Assembly (NCBI GenBank): GCA_964414295.1
Contig: CAYPVU010000007.1
Span: 43,492 to 107,491, forward strand
Direction of reading: 5' to 3'
DNA: 64,000 nt
Source: an uncultured Candidatus Saccharibacteria bacterium
GTDB taxonomy: Bacteria > Patescibacteriota > Dojkabacteria > J137
Shown here: in pieces, positions 55,315 through 64,000 of the stretch
Numbering within the stretch: the first letter of the stretch is position 1
Layout of the letters: each line of letters begins with the position of its first letter
Position numbers and translations under genes: made by a program
Notes under the pieces: model-generated
The model's input: the letters and a program-made list of their open reading frames with translations, nothing else
Told to the model about the DNA's origin: nothing
Databases searched by the model: none

Positions 55315-56865
55315 TTATATATCTACACTTACTGGCATATTTATCTTGCAAATATCAGGTCTCCATCTAGGAAGATTTTCTGCTGACCATTGAGTCATTC
55401 CACCCTTTACCGTATATGCATCAATGCCTTTGTTTCTCAATATAGATGTTGCGAGTTTTGATGTATTTCCCCTATAGCAAATTGTAATAACTTTCTTATC
55501 TTTTAATTCGGGTAAATACTTTTCTGTATTATTTTCTAAATCTAGATATTCGATATTCATAGCATTAGGGATATGAAAATGTTCAAAATCTTCTTTGTTC
55601 CTTGTATCTACTATTACTACATCGTCTTTAGATTTTGCTGTTCCATTTTGTAAGAGCTGTTTCCAAACTTTTTTTGAGTTGTCGTTGAAAGAACTGCTAA
55701 ATGCTTCGTCTACGTTAATCTCATATTCAGAAACATCACTAAATTGCATCTTTTTATTTACCTGTATCTCGTTATTTAACAATTCAACATTTTCAATACT
55801 TGGGAATAAATCTTCGTCTAAATACTCAAAATATTCATTTAGGTAAGGAAATGGACTATCACATGCAATGAATACACAAACTATTTCACCATCTTGATTC
55901 CTTAAATTCTCTAATTTATCTTTTTCCTTTACTTTAGATAGATAGTTGAGTAATCCTCTCAACGCAAATCCAGAACTAGGTCCGACTAACAAACCATATC
56001 TACATAGATTTAAACTTGTCTTGTAAGAATCAATAGTCCCTACTTCTTCAACTTCGTCTACAATATTTTCCCAATCGAATGCAATTTCTCTTAAAAGATT
56101 TTTTGTTCTTGGCCCAGGCACCGGATTATTAGACAATCTAGCAACACCAATATTTTTAATATCTTTCTTTTTACTTTTCAAATATTTTCCAGCTCCAACC
56201 ATAGTACCTGTTGTACCAAGGCCTGCACAAAATACCGAGATATTACCTTGAGTTTGTTCCCAAATTTGTTTAGCAGTCCATTTTTCGTGAGCTTTTGGAT
56301 TATCGAAGTTATTGTATTGACCTGCATTTAACCATCTATTTTCATCTGCCCATACTTTCGCCTTATATATTCCACTTGATTTATCTGAGGGATCTGGACA
56401 GATTGGTTCTTTATTTACAATAATTTCTGTTCCAAATAGCCTAAGCATTTTAAGTTTTCCTGCGGATACTTCATTTGAAACAACCGCTTTTGTATGCTTA
56501 ATTCCTAAGAGTCTTCCGATAATTGCTAATGAAAATACTGTATTCCCAGAAGAGTTTTCTATAACTGTATCAATATTATCTAGATCTCCCCGTTCTTTTG
56601 CTTCCATTAACATATTGTAAGAAGGCAAGGATTTAACATTGTTTAAAGGCAATGTATTCATTAATTTTGCATAAATTCTTACGCCATCTTTTCTAAATGG
56701 ATTTAGATCATTCGAAAGCTCTACCATTGGAATAGGTGGGTTATTATCTGGATTTAAAAAATCCAACATTGCATTGTCACCAGAAAAAACATTAAGATTA
56801 TTCATACTTCTTAACAAATTCATCAAAATTAAAATCAATATCAATTTGATTAGATAAATCTCCAA
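55315..56865 (-). CDS. PLP-dependent cysteine synthase-like (CysK/CysM/CBS fold) enzyme fused to C-terminal rhodanese domain
   Basis: NPFRKDGVRIYAKLMN..AKERG, ENSSGNTVFSLA and LKMLRLFGTEIIV parallel CysK. C-terminal CYRGNTSKLA is a rhodanese active-site Cys loop. Confidence 0.65.
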   Translation of the reverse strand: MEIYLIKLILILILMNLLRSMNNLNVFSGDNAMLDFLNPDNNPPIPMVELSNDLNPFRKDGVRIYAKLMNTLPLNNVKSLPSYNMLMEAKERGDLDNIDTVIENSSGNTVFSLAIIGRLLGIKHTKAVVSNEVSAGKLKMLRLFGTEIIVNKEPICPDPSDKSSGIYKAKVWADENRWLNAGQYNNFDNPKAHEKWTAKQIWEQTQGNISVFCAGLGTTGTMVGAGKYLKSKKKDIKNIGVARLSNNPVPGPRTKNLLREIAFDWENIVDEVEEVGTIDSYKTSLNLCRYGLLVGPSSGFALRGLLNYLSKVKEKDKLENLRNQDGEIVCVFIACDSPFPYLNEYFEYLDEDLFPSIENVELLNNEIQVNKKMQFSDVSEYEINVDEAFSSSFNDNSKKVWKQLLQNGTAKSKDDVVIVDTRNKEDFEHFHIPNAMNIEYLDLENNTEKYLPELKDKKVITICYRGNTSKLATSILRNKGIDAYTVKGGMTQWSAENLPRWRPDICKINMPVSVDI

Positions 56866-57772
56866 ATCTATCTTTAATATGTCCTTGTGCTATATATTTC
56901 TTATGAAGCTTATATAATTTTTCTAATCTTTCATTGTAAGAAATATCAATACATGAAAGCTTTTTGTAAACATTAGAGAAAACAGCTTTATTCTGTTCTT
57001 CTAATTTATTAATATCTAATTCACTCTCACCTTGTTCCACCTCTCGAATATGGTCAGAATTATATAAATATCCAAGAAGTTTTGTTTTATCAATATTCTT
57101 TTCAACAAATTCCTTATCTTTGTCAGAATTAATTTTATTTCCTACGACAAATACTTCATTCCAAATACCTGCTTCTTCCGATAAAACTTTATATTGTTCA
57201 TATACTTCTAGAGATTTTTTAGTTGGTTCAACTACTAAAACAATCATGTCGAATTGTGCATGGAGTGTTCCTGCGAAAGCATCCACACCTGCAACCATAT
57301 CTACAATCACAGTAGAAGCTTTATCAATTGTATGAGAAAGCATGCTTTCTAAAACTGCTAAGTTATTGTGATAACAACTAGCTCCAATGCTGTCTGTATG
57401 ATATGAACCTACAATAGAAAGTAATAAATTGCTACGTCTTTGAGAATAGTTCTTTATAATATAGTTGTCGTAATCCTTTACTACAATAAAGTTTGACTTC
57501 TCTGTTGGTGGAGTGGATTTCTTAAAATGAGAAACTTCTTTAATTTTATTACTTTCTCCCATTAAGAATTTCTTAATATCTTTTTCGGAATCAGGATCAG
57601 AAATATGTTTTAAATTTTCAACCTTTAACCCTAATTGTTCAGCTAGGTGCATATTTAGATCTGCATCTATAGCCCAAACATTTTGATTATCTTGGTTTAA
57701 TGAATATTGTGTAAATAGAGAGGTAAAGGTTGTTTTACCACTACCACCTTTACCAACAAAAGCAATTCGCAT
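56798..57772 (-). CDS. ParA/MinD/Mrp-superfamily P-loop ATPase
   Basis: Deviant Walker A MRIAFVGKGGSGKTT at the N-terminus. 68-nt overlap with the downstream CysK-like gene. Confidence 0.6.
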   Translation of the reverse strand: MRIAFVGKGGSGKTTFTSLFTQYSLNQDNQNVWAIDADLNMHLAEQLGLKVENLKHISDPDSEKDIKKFLMGESNKIKEVSHFKKSTPPTEKSNFIVVKDYDNYIIKNYSQRRSNLLLSIVGSYHTDSIGASCYHNNLAVLESMLSHTIDKASTVIVDMVAGVDAFAGTLHAQFDMIVLVVEPTKKSLEVYEQYKVLSEEAGIWNEVFVVGNKINSDKDKEFVEKNIDKTKLLGYLYNSDHIREVEQGESELDINKLEEQNKAVFSNVYKKLSCIDISYNERLEKLYKLHKKYIAQGHIKDRFGDLSNQIDIDFNFDEFVKKYE

Positions 57773-57793
57773 AATTAGAGATTAAAAAATATA

Positions 57794-58147
57794 TTATTTA
57801 CAATCGGTACACTTACCTTTTAAGTTAAGTTCAAACTCTTCAAATTCAACATTCTTAGGAAGAATTTTTTTTATATCTTGTATTGAAATATCTACAGGTA
57901 ATATCTTTTCGCAGTTATTACAAATGAAATGTTGATGAAAATCATTTTCCTTATTAAGTTCGTAGCTAGAAACTCCTTTTTTTATATTTACCTCTCTTAA
58001 AACTCCTTCTGAAGTTAGTAGGGATAGATTTCTATAGACAGTAGCTCTATCTAAATCCTTTAGTTTTTCGCAGACTTCATTAGCGGTAAGAAGATCCCCG
58101 TTCTTGAAAACTTCAATTATTTGATTTCTTTTTTTGCTATTTCTCAT
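57794..58147 (-). CDS. Fur-family metal-responsive transcriptional regulator
   Basis: Winged-helix N-terminus, HQHFICNNCEKILPVD (HxHFxCxxC) and C-terminal CTDC. Confidence 0.75.
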   Translation of the reverse strand: MRNSKKRNQIIEVFKNGDLLTANEVCEKLKDLDRATVYRNLSLLTSEGVLREVNIKKGVSSYELNKENDFHQHFICNNCEKILPVDISIQDIKKILPKNVEFEEFELNLKGKCTDCK

Positions 58148-58476
58148 GAATATTCAATAATGCGAATTAGTTGCAAGAATGATAGTGCAAACAAGTCGCA
58201 TTTGTCAAGAATGTTTTAGGAAGTTTTGAGACTCTAAATTTGATACTCCCTTTTTAGGTGTCTCAAATGTCTCATTTGTTATAGTTAACATGAATATTTT
58301 GGCGGATTGATTCTGGGCGTGGTGGAATGGTAGACACGGTTGTTTATCAAACAATTGGATGTAAATCTGTAAGGGTTCGAGTCCCTTCGCCAAAGTATTC
58401 ATTGGTTCCAGACCCGTGTGTCCCGCTAAGTGTTTAATGAACTTTTAGCGGAGAGATTCTTATTAACTTTCTAAAA

Positions 58477-58505
58477 AGAGCAGGCTCCAAACTGCTCTTT
58501 TTTTA
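58477..58505 (+). terminator. Rho-independent terminator
   Basis: agagcag-gctccaaa-ctgctct stem-loop followed by a 7-T run. Confidence 0.7.
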
Positions 58506-58529
58506 TGGATTCTTTGCTAGAATATTTTT

Positions 58530-58910
58530 ATGGATAAAAATACACAATTTACTAATATAGATGAATATATAAGAATACAACCAGAAGATATTCAAGCTAA
58601 GTTAAAGCAATTACGTGAATTAATTAAAGAATTAGCACCAGAATCTGTAGAAGCTATTAGCTATCAAATGCCTACATTTAAATTAAATGGCAAAAATCTT
58701 GTTCATTTTGCAGCATTTAAAAATCATATAGGATTTTACCCCTTCCCATCAGGAATAGAGGCGTTCAAAGAAGAAACAAAAGACTTTGTTACTTCTACAG
58801 GAACAATTCAATTTCCTTTAGATAAACCTCTGCCATTATCCTTAATAAAAAAGATAGTTCAATTTAGAGTTAAGGAGAATCAGGAAAGTTATTCTTCATA
58901 CAAAAAGTAA
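58530..58910 (+). CDS. DUF1801 (YdhG-like) family protein
   Basis: AISYQMPTFKLNGKNLVHFAAFKNHIGFYP is characteristic of the DUF1801 fold. Confidence 0.55.
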   Translation: MDKNTQFTNIDEYIRIQPEDIQAKLKQLRELIKELAPESVEAISYQMPTFKLNGKNLVHFAAFKNHIGFYPFPSGIEAFKEETKDFVTSTGTIQFPLDKPLPLSLIKKIVQFRVKENQESYSSYKK

Positions 58911-59020
58911 ATTCACAAAATATTTGACACTTTTACAAAGTATTTATTGTTAATTTACTTAACTTTTACAAAATGTTCATAGAATAAAATATTAATTTAT
59001 TTTATTAAAAAGGAATATCT

Positions 59021-62000
59021 ATGCTCAAAAATATACTCCGTAGAGGGAGTAATCTTTTTGCAGTTTTATTAATACTGCTTGCTCCCCTCTCTATCAACTT
59101 CGAAAAAGTCTTTGCTGTAGATGGTTTAGAATATGTAACCTTAAGCTCCTTTAATGGGAAACCTGGAAACACAATACAAGTGTGGGGAGGAGGATATACA
59201 CCTAATAAATATGTAATTATTTATACTAGTGAGTCTAATAGCGTATTAGCTGAAACTAACGCTGCAGGTGATTTTGGTCCTGTAAATCTTACTATTCCAG
59301 TTAATACTCCCCAGGGTAATTTAACTATTACTTCTGCAATTAATGATGGTTCTTTGTCAGAAAAAGCTACTAATAGTTATTATGTAGAACCTTTTACACC
59401 TAGTATAACTGTAGATTCAAGTTCTAATTTACCATTTAGCAATGTAACCGTAAGTGGTACTGGCTTTAGCAGCGGAGAAGAAGTTGAACTTAAACTAGCA
59501 ACGGCTACATCTACTGTAACTGCTGATTCTAGCGGTGAGTTCGAGAATGCAAATATTGTTATACCTAATGTAGCTTCCGGTTTGTATAACTTAGTAGCTA
59601 CAGGAATTAGTTCTAATTCTTCTACACTAAGCTATTTTTATATTGGAGGTTTTTATCCTAATATATATCCTTCTTCTTACTATATATTGCCGGATGAAAC
59701 ATTAAGCTTTGGAGGATCTGGATATGCAAATGGAGAAGAAATTAAAGTATATGAGGATTTAAATCCAACAGTATTAGCTACATTTAATGCAGATTCTAAT
59801 GGATCATTCGAAAATGCAGGAGGTTTTGTAATTCCATTTAGTTATGCTGGAAGTCAAAAAACATTTAAATTGGTTGGAACAAATAGTGGCGGATCAAGTA
59901 CAGTAAATGTAACAATCGGACAATTTAATCCTAATGTATACCCATCTGCTTACTACATCACTCCAGGTCAAAATTTATCTTTTGGAGGATCTGGATATGC
60001 AAAAAATGAAATGGTTACAGTATTTGAAGGAGAAACTTCTAATGTACTAAGTACAATTGAAGCAGATGAATATGGCGCATTCGAAAGTGCTGGTGCATTT
60101 GAGATCCCTTTTGAATGGGGTGGAACTAATAAGAGCTTTAGATTAGTCGGCCAAAATAGTAATGCTCAAGCTACTGCCTCAATTGGAATTGGACAATTTT
60201 ATCCTAATGCTTCTCCATCTGAATATTACATAATGCCTGGAAAAAAGATTAACTTTACAGGTAATGGATTCGCTCCTGGAGAAACAGTAGACGTTCTTGA
60301 AGGTTTATCTACAACTCCATTAGTTAGTTTTGTAACAGATGAAAACGGTAACTTTGAAAATGCAGGTGAAGTTACAGTACCGTTTAATGAAGCAGGAGAA
60401 ACAAAAGTATTTAAATTATTTGGAAGAACAAGTAAAGGACAAGTGGAAGTTTCCTTTACTGTAGGACAACTTTATCCTCAAATTAGTCCTTCAACTTATT
60501 ACTTAAAACCAGGACAAATATTTACAGTTTCTGGTTTTGGATTTGCAGAAGGCGAAACTGTTAGCTTAAAAGTAGGAGATCTTACTCCTGTTATGAATGA
60601 ATTAGACGGAGAGGGTAACATTATCTTCACGGATTTAGAATTACCTTTTGATAATTCAGAAACTATAGATTTAGTTGCTACAGGCGATTTAAGTGGCGCA
60701 CAAGCTATAGTGACATTAACAGTAGCTAAGTATTACCCATATGTTGGTGCTACAAACTATTATGTAATGCCTGGTACTGAAATTGGCTTTACTGGTGAGG
60801 GATTTGCACCAAACGAAGATGTTACTGTACAGTTAGGGCTTAATACTATTTTAACTTTAACAACAGATGAAAATGGTTCAATAGAAACCAATTCATATGT
60901 TGTACCTTTTGGCTCTACTGAATCTTTAACATTCTTATTAACAGGACAAAAGAGTAAAGCAGCTAATACTGTTACTATTGGTATTGGTAGTTTTTACCCT
61001 TGGGTAGTATCAAGTAATTACTACACACAACCTGGTACAGTTGTAACAATTAGTGGAGGCGGATTTGCTGCTAACGAAGATGTAACTGTAGTTGCAGGCA
61101 GCTTTACAACTACTGCTCAAACTGATATGGATGGTAACTTAGAGGAAGTGGAAGTTATGTTACCTTTTGGACATAGCTCTTCTAGTTTGGACATTGTCTT
61201 GACTGGGCAAGAAAGTATGGCAAATGGAACTACAACAGTTACCCTTGCTCCATTTAATCTACAGATTACACCTAGTACTTATTATGATCAGCCGGGAAGT
61301 CAAATAGACTTTACAGGAAGTGGATTTGTTGCTGACGAAAGCATTTCGGTTAAAGTAAACGATTCTGCATTAACTTCTGTAAATGCTAATTCATTAGGTG
61401 AGTTTGAATTAACTGGAGTTACTCTACCATTTGGTACATCTGCTGTTTACACATTTACAGGCAGTGTGAGTGGTGCAGTTGGTACTGTAGAAATTGGATT
61501 AGCTAGCTTTTATGCAGGAGTTGAACTAAGCAGTTATTACGCTGTAGGCGGAACTCCAGTAACAATTTCTGGTTCCGGATTTTATGCTGGCGAAAATGTT
61601 GCTATAACATTTGGGGGTACTTCCCTTGGTAATGTTACAGCTACAAACAGCGGATCTTTTTCATTAAACACTAATGTTCCCTACTCTACTCCAGGTAGTA
61701 AAGCAGTAATTGCAACTGGCTCTATGAGTGGAGCTTCTGCAGAAACTACATTTACTCAAGCAGAGGTTTACACATCTGTTGAGCTGGGTAATTATGCTGG
61801 AGGTCCAGGTTCTACAATTACCTTTATTGGATCAGGCTTTTTAGCAAATGAACCAATTGAAATACTTACAGATAGAACTGGTTCTACTGTTGTACATACA
61901 TTTAATGCATCAGCAGATGGTTCATTTAATAATTCATCATTTGTAATTCCTAATGATTTTACTGAAGGTGAATTAACATTAACTATTAAAGGAACTTACA

Positions 62001-62041
62001 GTATGACTACTAGTCAGATTGTATTTTATGTAACTCCTTAA
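59021..62041 (+). CDS. Secreted/cell-surface protein with ~11 tandem Ig-like repeats
   Basis: N-terminal signal peptide (AVLLILLAPLSINFEKVFA). The repeated unit ...GQFYPNxxPSxYYxxPGxxxxFxGxGFAxxExVxV... of about 90 aa recurs to the C-terminus. Confidence 0.6.
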   Translation: MLKNILRRGSNLFAVLLILLAPLSINFEKVFAVDGLEYVTLSSFNGKPGNTIQVWGGGYTPNKYVIIYTSESNSVLAETNAAGDFGPVNLTIPVNTPQGNLTITSAINDGSLSEKATNSYYVEPFTPSITVDSSSNLPFSNVTVSGTGFSSGEEVELKLATATSTVTADSSGEFENANIVIPNVASGLYNLVATGISSNSSTLSYFYIGGFYPNIYPSSYYILPDETLSFGGSGYANGEEIKVYEDLNPTVLATFNADSNGSFENAGGFVIPFSYAGSQKTFKLVGTNSGGSSTVNVTIGQFNPNVYPSAYYITPGQNLSFGGSGYAKNEMVTVFEGETSNVLSTIEADEYGAFESAGAFEIPFEWGGTNKSFRLVGQNSNAQATASIGIGQFYPNASPSEYYIMPGKKINFTGNGFAPGETVDVLEGLSTTPLVSFVTDENGNFENAGEVTVPFNEAGETKVFKLFGRTSKGQVEVSFTVGQLYPQISPSTYYLKPGQIFTVSGFGFAEGETVSLKVGDLTPVMNELDGEGNIIFTDLELPFDNSETIDLVATGDLSGAQAIVTLTVAKYYPYVGATNYYVMPGTEIGFTGEGFAPNEDVTVQLGLNTILTLTTDENGSIETNSYVVPFGSTESLTFLLTGQKSKAANTVTIGIGSFYPWVVSSNYYTQPGTVVTISGGGFAANEDVTVVAGSFTTTAQTDMDGNLEEVEVMLPFGHSSSSLDIVLTGQESMANGTTTVTLAPFNLQITPSTYYDQPGSQIDFTGSGFVADESISVKVNDSALTSVNANSLGEFELTGVTLPFGTSAVYTFTGSVSGAVGTVEIGLASFYAGVELSSYYAVGGTPVTISGSGFYAGENVAITFGGTSLGNVTATNSGSFSLNTNVPYSTPGSKAVIATGSMSGASAETTFTQAEVYTSVELGNYAGGPGSTITFIGSGFLANEPIEILTDRTGSTVVHTFNASADGSFNNSSFVIPNDFTEGELTLTIKGTYSMTTSQIVFYVTP
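59390..62020 (+). repeat. Degenerate tandem repeats (~270-bp period) inside surface-protein CDS
   Basis: Protein-level periodicity of ~90 aa with the conserved Y-P..S.YY..PG...F.G.GFA..E motif in each unit. Nucleotide copies have diverged. Confidence 0.55.
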
Positions 62042-62062
62042 TAATTAATTAAACTGCTATTT

Positions 62063-62089
62063 AAGGGCGCCTAAAGGCGCCCTTTTTTA
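62063..62089 (+). terminator. Rho-independent terminator
   Basis: aagggcgcc-taaa-ggcgccctt perfect stem followed by tttttt. Confidence 0.8.
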
Positions 62090-62158
62090 TAGCAATAATT
62101 GATTTAGTTTTCACTTACTTAATACATATTCTTTACACTATTTATCTATATTAATTAT

Positions 62159-62698
62159 ATGGATGATAAAGAAATTTATAAAAAACTAAGAAGGCCATTT
62201 GATCTTAAGTTTATTAATTGGAAGATTAATAATTACAATACTGCTAAAACTAAAGCAATGATAACCTTTTACTTAGATGCTAGGGCAGTTCAGCATCGAT
62301 TAAATCAGGTGTTAGGAGTTGATGGATGGAGTTTTTCGTTTTCTGAGATTTCTAAAGATAATGGAGTTCATGGAAAGTTAACTGTGTACTTTAAATCCAG
62401 TAATCCTGATCCTAAACATAGGGAGGATTGTATTTTAAACGAAGTAACAAGAGAAGATGTGGGTTATGCAAGTACTACAGAAAAAAGTGAGTGGTATAAA
62501 GATGCAGTTTCGGATGCTTTAAAAAGATGTGCAGTCCATTTTGGAGTAGGACATTTTTTATATGCTCTCCCCTATTTATGGATTGATTTAAAAACTCCTG
62601 GTCAAAAATATTTAGATGATGACCAAAATGACTTCATAAGAAATTGGTTAGAAGACCAAATTAAAAGAATGACTTCTCCTAAAGAATTAAAATCATAA
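62159..62698 (+). CDS. Rad52/Sak-family single-strand annealing protein
   Basis: VLGVDGWSFSF (cf. Rad52 FGYNGWAHSI), and REDVGYASTTEKSEWYKDAVSDALKRCAVHFGVGHFLY (cf. Rad52 [31 protein letters not shown]). Confidence 0.65.
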   Translation: MDDKEIYKKLRRPFDLKFINWKINNYNTAKTKAMITFYLDARAVQHRLNQVLGVDGWSFSFSEISKDNGVHGKLTVYFKSSNPDPKHREDCILNEVTREDVGYASTTEKSEWYKDAVSDALKRCAVHFGVGHFLYALPYLWIDLKTPGQKYLDDDQNDFIRNWLEDQIKRMTSPKELKS

Positions 62699-62717
62699 CT
62701 TTCTATAAGTTCCTTTA

Positions 62718-64000
62718 TTATCTAGCAATTGTCATATTTACACTCTTTTCTGATATTACAGCTCCATTCAATTCTTTTGCTGTAAATTTAATTACATACG
62801 GTCCATTATTTTTCCACCACCAACCGCTTACATCTACTAATGCTTCTTTATTACTTCCATTATTATTCATTTGATTTAATTGACCTCCGTCTACACTCCA
62901 ATACATATTATAAGTATTTACTGCTCTACCTTCTATGGTAGTTCTAAATGTATTTAGTCCATTATTTACACTTTCTATTGATTGTAGAATCTTTATCTCA
63001 CTAGAAGGTTGAGGTTGAGGATCCGGCTGTGGATTTGGGTTAACTACTGGCTGATTATTAACAGTAAACTTTTTTACGTCTCCATTCCAATAAAGATTAC
63101 CCCATGTATTATTAAATATACCAGCTCTTATAGTGTATTCTCCTGTATTTGGAGTATTAAAATTTAGATTGTAAGTCTTTGCAGTATTAGCAGCTAAACT
63201 TTGACCTTCATAAAACTGCTGCAATACTTTTTGATTACTGCTGTTATATACTTCTATATCAATAATTACATTATTTAGGTTCGTGTTAGAAGTAAAGTTT
63301 GTAGAAATATTTATTGCCTGATTAACTAATGGATTATTAGATACACTAGATTGAATTGTGTAAGATGTATTTACAGGCGGTTGAGGCTTCGGATTCACTA
63401 CAGGCTGATTAACTACAGTAAAATCTTTTACTTGTCCTTCCCATTTATATAATACTGACCAATTATTATTGAATAATCCTGCTTTAATTGTATAGTTTCC
63501 TAATGCATTAGGTGTAAAGTTAGTTTTAAAATTATTATCAGTATTTGCATTTAAGTTTTGATTTTCATAAAACTTCTGAAACACTCGCTGATTATTGGAG
63601 TTGTAAATTTCAATATCAACAATTGAATTACTTACTGCAGTATTAGGTTTTATATTTATATTAACTTCAGCAGATTGATTAATTACAGGCTGGGATGGAT
63701 TTATAGATCCGGTTATGGCGATTGTAGAAGGGGGCTGAGGATTTGGATTAGGCTGCGGAGCATTATCACCAAACCACTTTTTTAATACTTCTTCTGCTAA
63801 TTTATTTTGTGGAGTATATGCAGTATTCCACCCTCCTGCATTAGGATTAGATTCCCATTCCCACAAATGTATCCCCTTTACATAATCTTTAGTATTCCAA
63901 AACTCTAAAAGACCGTCATATAGATTGGCTTGTAGTTCTTGCGATATTGTATTTTGATAATTGTAATCCCAAGGGATTTGATTTGCTCCAATTAGACTTC
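62718..64000 (-). CDS. Secreted multi-domain protein, partial (N-terminus beyond window end): putative glycoside-hydrolase-like N-domain, Pro-rich linkers, two tandem beta-domains, C-terminal domain
   Basis: The reading frame stays open upstream of the first Met (63866) to the window edge (..GIHLWEWESNPNAGGW..). PQPNPNPQPP linkers. Two similar ~130-aa units (..DIEIYNSNNQRVFQKFYENQ.. / ..DIEVYNSSNQKVLQQFYEGQ..). Confidence 0.5.
   Translation of the reverse strand, partial: SLIGANQIPWDYNYQNTISQELQANLYDGLLEFWNTKDYVKGIHLWEWESNPNAGGWNTAYTPQNKLAEEVLKKWFGDNAPQPNPNPQPPSTIAITGSINPSQPVINQSAEVNINIKPNTAVSNSIVDIEIYNSNNQRVFQKFYENQNLNANTDNNFKTNFTPNALGNYTIKAGLFNNNWSVLYKWEGQVKDFTVVNQPVVNPKPQPPVNTSYTIQSSVSNNPLVNQAINISTNFTSNTNLNNVIIDIEVYNSSNQKVLQQFYEGQSLAANTAKTYNLNFNTPNTGEYTIRAGIFNNTWGNLYWNGDVKKFTVNNQPVVNPNPQPDPQPQPSSEIKILQSIESVNNGLNTFRTTIEGRAVNTYNMYWSVDGGQLNQMNNNGSNKEALVDVSGWWWKNNGPYVIKFTAKELNGAVISEKSVNMTIAR
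63000..63690 (-). repeat. Internal ~390-bp tandem duplication within CDS
   Basis: The two protein repeat units above map to adjacent DNA segments of similar sequence (e.g. repeated ..ttcataaaactgctgcaa.. / ..ttcataaaacttctgaaa.. blocks). Confidence 0.4.

Noticed and set aside
47530-57335. Short internal ORFs 47530..47754 (-), 51894..52271 (-), 53657..53857 (+), 55595..55846 (+), 57120..57335 (+)
   Set aside because: They are embedded antisense in the MDR dehydrogenase, TyrRS, Nudix, CysK-like and ParA-like genes respectively.
58205-58402. ORF 58205..58402 (-) 65 aa
   Set aside because: It overlaps the tRNA-like element on the opposite strand, so a structured RNA region is more likely than coding.
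1-64000. CRISPR arrays
   Set aside because: No regularly spaced short direct repeats with unique spacers were seen on visual scanning. The repeat signals present are protein-coding tandem repeats (59.4-62.0 kb, 63.0-63.7 kb).

Overview
AT-rich (roughly 30% GC by eye), gene-dense bacterial chromosomal window. Bacterial markers (NrdR, a Mur ligase, family-1 Ung, large serine recombinases) sit alongside an archaeal/eukaryotic-type TyrRS, which would fit a small-genome, possibly Patescibacteria/CPR-like lineage; that lineage call is inference only.

Layout:
- 1-21.4 kb: mostly plus-strand housekeeping. nrdR fragment, Nudix, Mur ligase, ung, GT2, an Erm-like rRNA adenine methyltransferase, an RNA methyltransferase, an FNR-like reductase, an APH-like kinase, a cytidylyltransferase, a GT-C/PMT-like membrane glycosyltransferase, then a nucleotide-metabolism neighbourhood (HIT-Nudix fusion, dCMP-deaminase-domain protein, IMPDH-family protein, thymidylate-synthase-family protein with extra N- and C-terminal domains).
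- 21.6-44.9 kb: tRNA-Ser(GCU) at 21.6 kb opens a ~23-kb mosaic accessory/mobile island with alternating strand blocks. It holds two large serine recombinases, a phage-like divergent regulatory region (XRE HTH), a P-loop replication-type protein, a tRNA-Met(CAU)-like gene, a 1027-aa membrane-anchored protein, a GC-rich structured element, and a tightly packed six-gene minus-strand operon: PD-(D/E)xK-like nuclease, SF2 helicase fused to a degenerate beta-class MTase domain, TerS-like HTH, TerL, serine recombinase, HNH-like protein. This operon has a Hachiman-like (HamA/HamB) core and is my best candidate for an undescribed defence/mobility system.
- 45-50.9 kb: co-directional cluster of a divergent TyrRS/TrpRS-like paralogue, a TrpD-like protein, an MDR dehydrogenase, an MTase, a HAD hydrolase and a PRTase, ending on tRNA-Tyr(GUA); a bona fide archaeal-type TyrRS follows.
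- 52-64 kb: P-loop kinase, FkbM MTase, Nudix, HEPN-like (Abi-like) protein, a Fur/ParA-like/CysK-rhodanese operon, an aberrant tRNA-like element, DUF1801, a ~1000-aa tandem-repeat surface protein, a Rad52-family annealase, and a partial secreted repeat protein running off the window.

No CRISPR array was seen. All protein calls rest on motif recognition in the supplied translations, not on database searches.
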